NCBI GenBank assembly: GCA_025786725.1
Contig: JAHLTZ010000076.1
Coordinates: forward strand, 1 to 43,517
DNA from: Syncephalis fuscata S228
Lineage: Eukaryota; Fungi; Zoopagomycota
Length of the DNA: 43,517 nucleotides
Direction of reading: 5' to 3'
The notes below the pieces were generated by a model that saw nothing but the letters and a program-made list of their open reading frames with translations, was not told where the DNA came from and ran no database searches. The stretch's first letter is position 1; every line of letters begins with the position of its first letter. This document shows positions 11,308-22,359 of the stretch, piece by piece. A program made the position numbers and the translations under genes.

Positions 11308-13098
11308 ATGCGTCTTTTGCTTAATCGTTTACGTCGTACTATGACCAGCCATACACCTTTCTCGGCACGTTCGCCGGCGCTGCACTTTGAGATTGTCGCA
11401 AAATGTCCTACCACAAAAGCACGAGTTTCCCGGCTGCATTTACCGCATTTTGTCGCTGACACGCCCATGTTTATGCCAGTGGGCACACAGGGTACTATGA
11501 AAGGTTTGACAACGCAGCAGCTGGAGGATCTTGACTGCCACGTTATTCTCGGCAACACTTATCATCTGGTAAGTATATAGAATAGAGCTGTAATCATATT
11601 TACTAATATCGATCGATTACTTGTAGGGTAATCGACCAGTAAGTATAGCCACGCTACAATCAACTGCAATTACATATTGCACTCTAGGGACAAGAACTTC
11701 TAGACGAAGCACAAGGTTTACACAAATTTATGAATTGGAGTAGAGGCTTATTAACGGCAAGTTATGGAAAATATGTAAATTAACATAGCGCTTACAAATA
11801 TTACTACAGGATAGTGGTGGCTTTCAAATGGTTTCATTGCTTAAATTAGCCGAAATTACAGAGGCAAGTTTACGTAGATAGTTGGTATTTATAGACATTG
11901 ACAAGAGTGCCTATATAGAAAGGTGTAGAGTTTGAGGCACCTCACGATGGATCCCGCATGTTGTTAACGCCAGAGAAGTCAATTGATTTGCAAAACTCAA
12001 TCGGTGCGGATATTATGATGCAATTGGACGACGTGGTCTCTTCGCTTACCACTGGACCGCGTCTTGAGGAAGCAATGTTGCGATCTATTCGCTGGTAAGG
12101 CTTAGTAATGTCCTATAGGTACGTAAAGACTAATTGATTGATGGACATATATATTCTAACAGGCTTGATCGTTGCATTGATGCACATAAACGTCCTAATG
12201 AACAAAATCTATTTGCCATTATCCAAGGTGGATTAATGCCAGAATTACGACGCACTTGTATTGATGGTAATTAATTAATTAATTAAACAATAGATGGCTG
12301 TAACTACCATGATTTAATTAAATGTGATTAGAAATGGTAAAACGCGATTTACCCGGCTATGCCATTGGTGGATTAAGTGGTGGTGAAGAAAAAGATCAGT
12401 TTTGGAGGATGTAAGCAATTCAAATCAGCAACATTCATATTGTAACATTGTATGTAGAGTTACACTGTGTACAGATCTACTACCAGAGGATAAGCCACGC
12501 TACTGTATGGGAGTCGGGTAAGTGATGCCAATGGATTACAGTAATGCTTACTCGTGTCGTAAAGCTACGCCGAGGATCTTGTTGTTTGTTCCGCACTTGG
12601 CGTCGATATGTATGATTGTGGTACGTTGTAAATGATATAAAGATAAAAATATAGACTGATATAGTATTATATTAGTATTTCCTACACGTACTGCAGTAAG
12701 TATAAAAATAGAGACAATAAGAATAAACAGAAAAATGACTAACTGGTTTATTGAAGCGATTTGGCAATGCACTCACTGCATACGGACCCATGGTACTCCG
12801 CCAGACACAGTATGAACATGACTTCCGTCCTATCGAAGAAGACTGCGATTGTTTAACATGCAAAGGCTACACACGAGCCTATCTGCATACCTTGGTTACT
12901 AGAGAAACAGTAGGCTGCCATCTAGTGTCAATTCACAATATTAGCTATCAAATGCGACTGATGCGCGGTATTCGAGAAAGTATCGTTGCGGGTACATTCC
13001 CTGAATTTGTGCGCACATTTATGCGAAATCGCTTTGGAGATGGCAATACGCCTGAATGGATAGTAAACGCGCTGAAAAGTGTTAATGTTGAGCTTTAA
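11308..13098 (+). CDS. QTRT1: Queuine tRNA-ribosyltransferase catalytic subunit (eukaryotic TGT), ~11 exons including 12- and 20-nt micro-exons
   Basis: [76 protein letters not shown] and Zn site CDCLTC..YTRAYLH. Confidence 0.96.
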
Positions 13099-13123
13099 CA
13101 TTAGAATAAACAATAATGCTTAT

Positions 13124-13851
13124 TTATTCGGTAGTTGATGTATAGGAATAAACATATAAACGTATAGGTAAACATGCTTTTTCGTTGAATATAACATATT
13201 CATCGTAGTTCAGTTCACACTTTCCGGCTTCACCATGTGAGCTGTGAAAGCCAGCGGTAGGCTGTGCGTTGCAACTCGATACTAATGGCTTATAGGTACG
13301 GCCAAGTATGACGCTGACTAAGAACAGACCTCGTACCTGTCGTGAAGAGTCTTTATGCAATGCTTGCGCCTGTAGTAATTGTAGTGCACTAGGTGTTATT
13401 TTCATGCTTTAAATAATTAAATACTTACCCCAGTTCCTGCATAGAAATGGCATTTTGATGCATGCGGGGAAAAGTAGATGCCATGTCCCAATCGTTGCCA
13501 TTTTGTCGGTCGATGATTTTTCCAACGCATTCCATTTTAAACGATTGTTTAACAATGCTGCAACCTTCACAGTCTTTTCGACATAATCTTGCTGTGGACT
13601 TTGTGGTAAAGTTGCATTCAAAATGCGTCCCGTGAAACAGTTGCATTTTATTGATTTCTTTCGTACTCAGCTCGTCTTCCAATAACTTTTCATAACTTTT
13701 ATGGTTGTTTATTAGCGTAGGATTGTGATTAATATTGAATATACGCTCCACACGCAAATCTTCACGTTATCCTTTGTCCAAGCAGTCATAATAATTGTTC
13801 CGCTTCCGAGAATTCCTTACTGCTACAATTTAATTCTTTTAGATATGGCAT
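13124..13851 (-). CDS. PARP-like (ARTD-type) ADP-ribosyltransferase catalytic-domain protein 'ART-A' with H-Y-E triad; intron 13370-13428; three single-base breaks (~13790, ~13767, ~13519)
   Basis: Reconstructed MPYLKELNCSSKEFSEAEQLFMTAWTK...LRVERIF...QLFHGT...CRKDCEGCSIVKQSF...WQRLGHGIYFSPHASKCHFY...LFLVSVILGR...GFHSSHG...LNYDEYVIFNEKACLPIRLYVY. All PARP signature segments are in order; the GHGIYF motif lies in a frame not shown in the track. Confidence 0.85.
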
Positions 13852-14520
13852 GATGACATGAAAATGTTTAATGACCAATAATTCAATGGTTTATTGCATA
13901 ATAAACAAACTTTAAATATATGATTGATTTTATATACAATTTATCAATTTAATGGTTGATATTGTCTGAACAAGATAGTTTTATTGGCACTAATAATCAG
14001 CCACTGTTCATTATCAGTTTAACCTCACATGACACTCCACTTTGCTTATAAATTATTGATTTATGGTAAATTATTTGTTTAATTAGCACGCTAATGGCCA
14101 CATCATGCTAATAATAGCAAAGTATTGATTAAAACAGTATTAAAATAAGGCTATTAACAATAATCCAAGAATACTATTTGTATTATTTTGCTTATTTACT
14201 TCATTTATCAATGCAAATAGCTATTTTTTAATATTATATCACAATTCATCAGTATTAAATCAGTAGTATACTTTATCAATCAGTTAATTTTTCACTACAG
14301 ACTACAACTTGGAATTTATATTAATTAATTAATATTCGATCTGCAATATCTTTATTACTTTTTATATTGTTTTTTAATTTGCTATTAAAGGGTGGCTATC
14401 ATGATCGACGCAGCAATTCATTGGATAAAAAATAATGTTATATTCAAAATTCAGATTAAATTACCATATGACATTTTCTGGCTAAAAACCGGCCACTCAT
14501 TTCTAGCTAGTAAAAAGACA

Positions 14521-15479
14521 ATGGTAGCGTTGATTTTGACTAAAAACAAAAGCTGGATGAATTGCGCCCGCTTTTCAATGATTACCAAATAAACACTCAA
14601 TATGTTAGTATTTTTAATGCAGTCGAAAAAGCTGACAAGCTTTTACGTAATGGTTTTCATCAGCTATTGCTGTTTATCCAACCAAATGCCAGATCTTTCA
14701 ATAAGTCTTGGATAGATTTTATTATCCAGTTTCGCCATGAATTTGACTCAACCACGGCGCCCATTTACCTTGTTCTTCATAAGGGACTAACCATTCAGTT
14801 TATAATAATTGGATAAAAAACGTAAATAACATAGACAGTTTTTATAATAACACCTCTAGCGTTACCATAACCTATGGCGACATTGACATTTTCAATGCTA
14901 TTCAACACCACTATAAGGTTGGTTGTCAAGAAAATAGACTGCAATAGTAAAGCTGACATGCTAATAGATGCAAAAAGAAGGCACAATTAATTTTTATAAC
15001 CGAGGGGAGCCTTATTACGAATTTACCAACTTTTATTCATCAGACATAAAAATTGACGATAAGCATTGGCCAACAACCGAACACTACTGTAAGTCATATA
15101 TGCAATTAGATGATATACACCAATTTATATAAATGTAGTTCAAGCACAGAAATTCAAAATCAATTCGCCAGTATTCAATCGTATTCAAAATGCACCATTT
15201 GCACGTGCTGCATTTTCTATTGCACGCAGCTATGATTATTTAAAACGATGGGATTGGGAAGAAAAGAAGGAGAATATTATGTTAACTGCTTTACGTGCAA
15301 AATTTCAACAAAACCCAATACTCCTTCGAAAACTACTGGCTACTGGAAATAGAAGATTAGTTGAACACACATACAATGACAAATACTGGGGCGATGGCGG
15401 CAATGGAAGTGGAAGAAATCGTCTTGGAGAGCTATTGATGTTTGTACGTAAAGAGCTGCAGCAGCATCAATTCCACTAA
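14521..15479 (+). CDS. NADAR/YbiA-family N-glycosidase (core 14968-15479, intron 15089-15138) with probable ~135-aa N-terminal extension (intron 14918-14967; -1 breaks at ~14544 and ~14784)
   Basis: Core INFY...EFTNFY...IDDKHWPTTEHY-FQAQKF...DWEEKKENIMLTALRAKFQQN...LLATG...LVEHTYNDKYWGDGGNGSGRNRLGELLMFVR is the COG3236/NADAR consensus. An upstream exon splices in frame onto MQKEG. The start codon is uncertain (14401, 14521 or 14968). Confidence 0.88.
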
Positions 15480-15690
15480 TACTACATTGTTATCACTCCT
15501 ATCAATATTGGTTTATTATTACTCCTAGTGATTAGCGTTATTCATTGCTATTGCTTTCAATATAAATCTACCCGACATTTTAATAAAAACAAATATGATT
15601 GCACACGTAATTTAACAAATAAAATAATTCCAATCATACTTTTACTAAGTAAACGAAGTGTTGCTGTCAACATGAACGATCAATATTTAA

Positions 15691-16284
15691 TTATTGCTTT
15701 TCAAAATAAGATCTGCGAATTCTTTCGCGTTCTTCGTACGAGACGCCATCAAATGATCCGCGTATGCTACCACCTGTATAGTCGTATACCCACATGGTGC
15801 TTCCAATAGCTGCTGCCGCGCCAAACATCACGGGAAAAGAGCGAGCTAGAGATTTATGAATCCGCAGTCAATTGTCAAATCATTCTGCTATGAACACAAG
15901 TATTATACGCGTTACTTACCTAGAAGACCAAGCATGGCACCGGCAGCAGCGCCGGCAGTACCAGAACTCCAATGATCTTGTTTTTGACGGAAATTGCTCA
16001 TCAAACAGTAGGTGGCGCTATAGGTGACGCCAGCAAAGCCTTGGTAGGTATACTGTTAGATGCCAACAGCAATTAAAGGTGCGATCTAACTTACCGAATG
16101 CCTTAACAGAACTGCTGGTTTTTGTAAATACGCTGGCCGCGTTAAATTGATGCGTTTGATACGCGTTGGCCACCGTACTGTAGATGACGCCAGCTAATGC
16201 AGAGCCTGCACCGATCTTGACGGTGTCGCCAATGCAATCGGCAGGTTTATAGTGGGATTCATCGTGGCCGTGCACCTCGCTCAT
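15691..16284 (-). CDS. NDUFA11: Complex I accessory subunit NDUFA11 (B14.7 / 21.3-kDa, Tim17-like), 3 exons
   Basis: HYKPADCIGDTVKIGAGSALAG...AASVFTK...AF-GFAGVTYSATYCLMSNFRQKQDHWSSGTAGAAAGAMLGLL-ARSFPVMFG...YDYTGGSIRG...EERERIRRSYFEKQ*. Confidence 0.85.
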
Positions 16285-16583
16285 GGTGGATACGATATTT
16301 TACTGATAAAGAAGAGGTGATATCAAAAGAGAAAAGGATGGAATCGACAGGGTGAGTATGAACTGGCTCTAGTATGACTATTGTTGTTACCTAAATTGAT
16401 AATTCTTTGATAAACTAGACATCTACTGAGCCTGTAATAAATTTATTACAGTAAGGCTTGATATATGTCTGCCGGCATTGATATATGGCCAAAAGCTATA
16501 AAATACATTGATTTATAAATGTTTCCTACTATCCCGCTTGTATATCGTATAGCACCAAACAATTATTGTTGTATTTTTCAAAA

Positions 16584-17526
16584 ATGCTTGTTAAAGGCGA
16601 TATAGCACTTGTTAACAATATAATCGCTAAAATACAGAATAGCGAAGGTCCACCGTCTTGCATTTTTCCTAGCTGTTCTCGCCCACGTCTTGTAGAAAAC
16701 AAAAAGATCCATATGTTCTGTTCCAATAGTTGTCGTGTATTATGGACATACACACTTGATCATTCCACGTTATTACTCAGCAAATACAATAGCCAAATTG
16801 CGCTATGTCGTAACCAAGGATGTAACTTGCCATGTTATAAAAAGGCAGGTACTAATCTGGAATACAGCTATTGTGGCCGTAACTGTGGTATCAAGGATAT
16901 GAATCGTGAGGAAGGACCACGGCTTTTATGTCTAGCTCAAAACAGCGCTGATTTTATGCGAGTATGGAAAAAGTTCAATAGTACAATGAATCTGAAAACT
17001 ATTGCTACAATTTATCGTATTTACATGCCCAAGACTGTTCGTGAACAATACGGTGATGCTCTAGGGAAGCACGATGTAAATTGTGCTACTGTGGAATATT
17101 TTCACGGCACAATTTACTATGATAACGGCATTTCTACACATAACAGCAGCAATATATGTGATGCCATTGGCTGCAGAGTTTGCGGGATTATAAAGAATGG
17201 TCTATTAATTAGCTGCGCTGTTTCTGGTAAGTAATCCGCTTTTATTAATAGTGTCAATATTAACATGAATGATTATAGGTCCTCGTATCTGGCTAGCCAA
17301 AAAAGCAACTATATCCAGTGGGTATGCGCGGAATACAACACTCAAATCTATGTTTTTGTGCAGTGTAGTGGCCAGCGCTATTACTCCTACTACCGAAACT
17401 GATGTTATCACAGTAGATCAACAACAGGTAGCTATATTGATTAATATCATCGAGTAACATTGCTGATGTCTAATTTATTTCAACTATTAGACTATCCTTC
17501 CAAAGTTTCTAATCTACTATCAATAG
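16584..17526 (+). CDS. Second PARP-like protein 'ART-B': two N-terminal Cys4 (Zn-finger-like) repeats plus an ART domain lacking the catalytic Glu; introns 17227-17278 and 17428-17490
   Basis: Repeats CIFPSCSRP...FCSNSC and CRNQGCNLP...YCGRNC; then IYRI, YFHGT, CDAIGCRVCGIIKNG, GPRIWLA...SSGY, SMFLCSVV, DVITVDQQQ-TILPKFLIYYQ*. The reading frame is intact. Confidence 0.78.
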
Positions 17527-17962
17527 CCCACTTAATCAATTATTTGATTAATTTATTGCTTTATTGCTTTGTACTTGCTATCACCAATAAACATTGCTTG
17601 TTGTTTTGAACAAATTGGTCTCAAAGTGTTTAAACCAATGCACGTCACATTGAGTACACGCCATTGGATCTACCGCATGCACATCCACTTATCGCACGCT
17701 CCACCATGCTTCTGTACGTGTTCATGCGCGAGTCCAGTATGCGTGAATGGGCGTGAGGGTGCCAGATGCCTATAGTACGCTCGCACCAAGCCTTTAAAAG
17801 CTCGCTTTACGTTCTTTGTTTCGGTAAATCTCCTTTTTGTCGTTTTCTTCCTATCGACTTCGTCTTTGCCGGTGATAGTTCCGCTTCTTACTATTTCATT
17901 TTAGTTGGCAGGTTTCTAAATATACATCCACATAGGACAATCGTGACTAGTTTTACTTAATC

Positions 17963-19041
17963 ATGGTAGGTTGTGGCAATAGTGACGCGTCTACAGGCAG
18001 AAAGGCGACAGTAGGACCATATTGGCCTATTCCGCTCTATTAGTCCAGCCTAATAGTCGGCAGTTTAATATTGATTGAAATCTAATTTATTTTGCCTTTA
18101 ATAGACCAGTAGCTTTGATGAAGAAGACGGTGGGCTCCTTAACACTTGTTAATTATTCTTTGTACTTACCAGCTACCAATTGTTGCTATACCGATATAAC
18201 AATGCTATGTTATGACAATGCAGCGCGCGAGCATGATAGCATATCACGTTCTCCAACTTCAACGCGCGATACTGCATCGTCTCAACAGGATAGCGGAGAG
18301 GCAAAGCGCAATCAAGGCCACAATATATACGTAGCTGGATTATCTTACCAAACATTAGAGGGAGATTTGGAGGCGTTGTTTAAAGAATTTGGCGCGGTAA
18401 TGGCGTTTCTATACAATTTATTTAAATGCCAATTATAAACCATTTACTAATTGACATTCTAGATTAAACGGTGCCAAATTATGCGTGATCCACAGACGCA
18501 ATCACATCGAGGATTTGCCTTTGTCACTATGACGGATGTTCAAGGTGCAAGAAAAGCGATTGAAAAACTGGACGGTATGGAGCTTCATCGCCAGCGCATT
18601 CGTGTTGAATTAGTACGTATAGCTGACATTGCTATTGCTATTGCCATTACTGCTATTACTAATAAGTGGCCAATCTATTTAATATTCAAATATTACCAGG
18701 GTAAACGCGCTCGACCGCGCACACCTACACCTGGGCAATATTTGGGCCCACCTAAACGATCTGGTATGTAATTGAACAGCTGATAAACTATAACACATTG
18801 CATTAACGATGCTTTATAAAATACGTATTGTTTAGGCACGAGTGGCCATAGATATGGTCGCCGTCGACGTTCCCCACCACCGATGCGCCATGACCATCGT
18901 CATCGTCGTGACTATTCTCGTCGTAGCCGCAGTCGCAGTCGTAGTCGTGACCGGCGCCGCCCGTATTACCAGCAAAAACGCGAATCTACTTGCTACCGTT
19001 CACGTTCACGCTCACGTTCTCCCTATCGTAACCGATACTAA
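17963..19041 (+). CDS. TRA2: Transformer-2-like SR splicing regulator (RRM + RS domain); first coding exon probably ATG only
   Basis: RNP2 NIYVAGL, RNP1 RGFAFVTM, TRA2-type linker KRARPRTPTPGQYLG, and a last exon (+ frame absent from the track) encoding RRRRSPPP...RRSRSRSRSRD...RSRSRSRSPYRNRY*. The 5' exons are less certain. Confidence 0.85.
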
Positions 19042-20863
19042 GATGCACATATGTGCGTGTACGTGTGCGTGTATATGTGCCACAGAGAACCATGACTGCC
19101 AAGTCCCACAGCAATACACTGCGCACAGTATTTGATGATCGACATTCCAATTCACTATAGACTATCCACTCTTCAACCATATCCATATCCACTGATGGTA
19201 TTGAACTAACCTCAATAGCTATCGTTGCTTGCATCACCACAATAAACTCCCTCATTTACACATTACACAATAGCCACATCCGGTCAAATTCATCAGATCA
19301 AAGTAGATGTTTCAAATCCAAATGAGGAAGGCCTTGTTTGTTCGTATGGATGTCATGACTTTTAGCGGCGATACGAGTTACTTTTCCTCTTTCGTGGTGT
19401 AGCGTCTTTTTCTGCCTATCAGTACTGTTCTAGAATCTATCTCAGCTACTTGCTCTAAATCGTTTATAACTCTCATTTTGCATGCCCACGCCTCTTTCCT
19501 CTACATAACACTTTCACGATACTACGATACACGACATCTAAACGCCTGTTAACCGACCATCACTGCTACACTTTACTCTACACTGCTTCTCTTACGACAC
19601 TTAACGCCTTACGAACTCTCAACCATTCTATAGTGGTGTGTGTCTGTGTGTGTGTCACCATCATTTCCCCAACATACATATACACTAGATTCTAGCCAGC
19701 CATCTCCTCTCAAGTCCTCCTCACTTGGCTCTACTCACTCATTTACTCGCTGACTTATTCTAACTCACTCTTTCGCTCTCACTTTACTTTCTACCATTCA
19801 CCCATTTCCTACTTATTTTCATTTCTACTGTTAGTAAGCACTATTTGACGGCAACCACCTGCTATAACAACAGTTGCTATCTAGCAGTGGTTTGTCTATT
19901 TCTACGCTTTTCATTCCAACTTGTCAAACTCCTATAGATTGACCTTGACCCTTTTTATTACTGCTGCCAACGACCCTGTATTCCATTGACGTTCTATTTC
20001 TCGGTGGCCTTTATACATTGGCAACTATTATTTCTTTCGATAGACGTATCATCAACCTTTGATATTGACTACGACTCCAAACTAATCTGACGGTTTAAGA
20101 GATAGACAGCCACGGCACTAATATTGGTTTACTTTGGTAAATATAGCACGAGGGTGTGTAGCGTATATCGTATATGGCCATACGGCCGTCTCTATCATTG
20201 TAATATGCCCTTGTTAGTAAAGATAAATCAATTACAACACCTCCTTTACCTCTTTATACTGCGGGGTGTTCAATGTTGTTAAACAACAGCACTTATTGGA
20301 AAACGGCGATATTGATTCATTTGATGACGGTACTTTTGTCCCCTTGATCTTGTGATTTTGATAATTGCTTTGCCATGATTATTCTCCTTATCTCACCGCT
20401 CCTTTCGTCTATTAATTCCCCTGGCTCGGTTTAGGTCGATCATCACATCGATTTAGTAGTAGTTGCTGACTATTTTCACGGGTGACTACGTCGATATATT
20501 AGCTTTGTGCTCGGCCACTGACCACTTGTTGACGATCATCACTGGCTAAAACAATAGACTTTTATTTACTAACTCGTAGATTTATTTACTATTTAGACTA
20601 CAGATAGTATCTCGTGATTATACAAGCCAATACACTACACAGTAGCCGTTTTTTGTTTAGACAGGTGTTGTCGGATCAGATTGTTGTTACGAACACACAA
20701 AGACAAGCCCATATACTCCCCTGCTTGTCTACCACAGCAACCATCATTACAGTTATCTTCTTGTTGTTAGACGCCGCTTACTCGATCATCTATAGCATTT
20801 TATTGCCGATTTTCGCTAGAAATTTCCTCAGCTTAACTAACTATACCTACTATTAGTCACACA

Positions 20864-21469
20864 ATGGAGTTAAACTATTCGGTACATAATACTCAACACA
20901 CCATCGGTGGTGAGACCCGCTCAGCAACATCAAAAATACCACCTCGTCTAAGCGGTATTAGGTAGGCACGAATAATGTGTTTCTAGGCTATACTAACTAT
21001 AAAGTATAGACGCTCTTTCAGTGAGCCTACCGATATACACCAAGCAGCAAGTGAAGCCATTGAATCCGCTTGCTGGTCTCCAGCAATTACCACGCCGCCA
21101 CTGACGCCATGTGCAGTGAAGGACGATGATGACGATGCTGTGAATCAAATGCTTGACGCGTCCCTAGTTGTATCCTATAGCTACCGAAAACGACGACTTT
21201 CCACCAGTAACGGTAATTAACATACGTATTTATTGATATTAGGCTAAATCTATTGTATAGAACGACCATTAACTGAAACGAAGCAGCATATCGTTCATTT
21301 CAATGAGCAGCATTGGTTTAGAGATGCAGAGAGTTATTTGATGAAATCGCGGCGACGAAGCGGTTTACCAAATATTTTCAACCTCACGCCTATTCCTTTC
21401 GAGACAGCGCAGCCTCATTGCTCGTTAAATGGAATAAGTCAAATGGATGACCAAATGCTTCACAATTAA
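20864..21469 (+). CDS. Unannotated 3-exon gene, 169 aa, predicted disordered phosphoprotein
   Basis: Two 48-nt GT-AG introns (20962-21009 with a perfect TACTAAC; 21213-21260). Removing them gives one 510-nt ORF, MELNYSVHN...RRSFSEP...TTPPLTP...RKRRLS...KQHIVHF...RRRSG...QMLHN*. Confidence 0.8.
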
Positions 21470-22359
21470 ACACCAAGACCTGCCTACTAGCGGCGCTTCA
21501 ATTGTCTTTAATGACAAACTTTTATTTTACGATTTTCTTGCGCCTTTACGTTTATTTTTTAACGCTTATGTGTTTTTATACATATAAAATTTTATGCATT
21601 ATTCACTATCAATTTTTATCTGGTTCTTGACCTTTTAGATAAACCAACATTATTCAATAAAAGAATATAACATTTATGACATCAAACTTTAGATGCTATT
21701 AAATAATGTGTTATTCACAAATAGTAGATCGAACATCTACTTTGAGTCCCCCCCCCCAGGACAGTAAATCATTTTACGCAATCTATTGTAATGATTCGAT
21801 TAATTAATTTGTGTTTAAATCATTAGTCACAATAAACATTGATGTAATGTTATTGTCCATTATCGTTTCCATAAAATGGAATTGATTAAATGTAACAAAC
21901 ATTGTATCATTAACTGCTATTTTAAATATTTAAATACAAATGTAGCATACTATTTAATTCCTTTGAAATATTTGAGGCTGATTATTGTTGTTGACCATGT
22001 GTAGAAAGATTGATTGAGTATTAATAAAAGCCATATGATCGCGATTCCACGTTGTTCTGCAGTCGTTGTTATTGCATCTACGTACAGCGTGAATCCTTGC
22101 ATCTAAATGGTCTGTTTTAGTTGATTGTACTAGTACTGTTGCACTAATATATACACGCTATATACCATTTCATTTTCAACTTTTAATTTTAATACTTGTG
22201 GATTTTGATATTTATTGATCAAATTAAATAAAACCTTGCCACCATATAAAATACTATGTGTCATTTAACATCATTATACAATTTAATTGAAATTGTTAAA
22301 TAATTAGTATGGTTTATGGTTAAAATGACTAAATTTAATAATATTCGTTCTATTAAATT

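Noticed and set aside
14524-14552. A 29-nt GT-AG intron that would also restore the NADAR N-terminal frame
   Set aside because: Much shorter than the ~48-60-nt introns seen elsewhere; a missing A in the run at 14542-14546 is simpler, though the intron is not excluded.
18842-19135. Track ORF MAIDMVAVDV... (Val/Ala-rich)
   Set aside because: It is an off-frame reading of the TRA2 RS-domain exon.
19130-19200. Possible C/D box snoRNA (TGATGA...CTGA)
   Set aside because: Imperfect box C context, no terminal stem and no guide sequence I can recognise; needs an Infernal/snoscan run.
21747-21757. C10 homopolymer in AT-rich DNA
   Set aside because: An isolated run among degenerate repeat relics, with no supporting structure.
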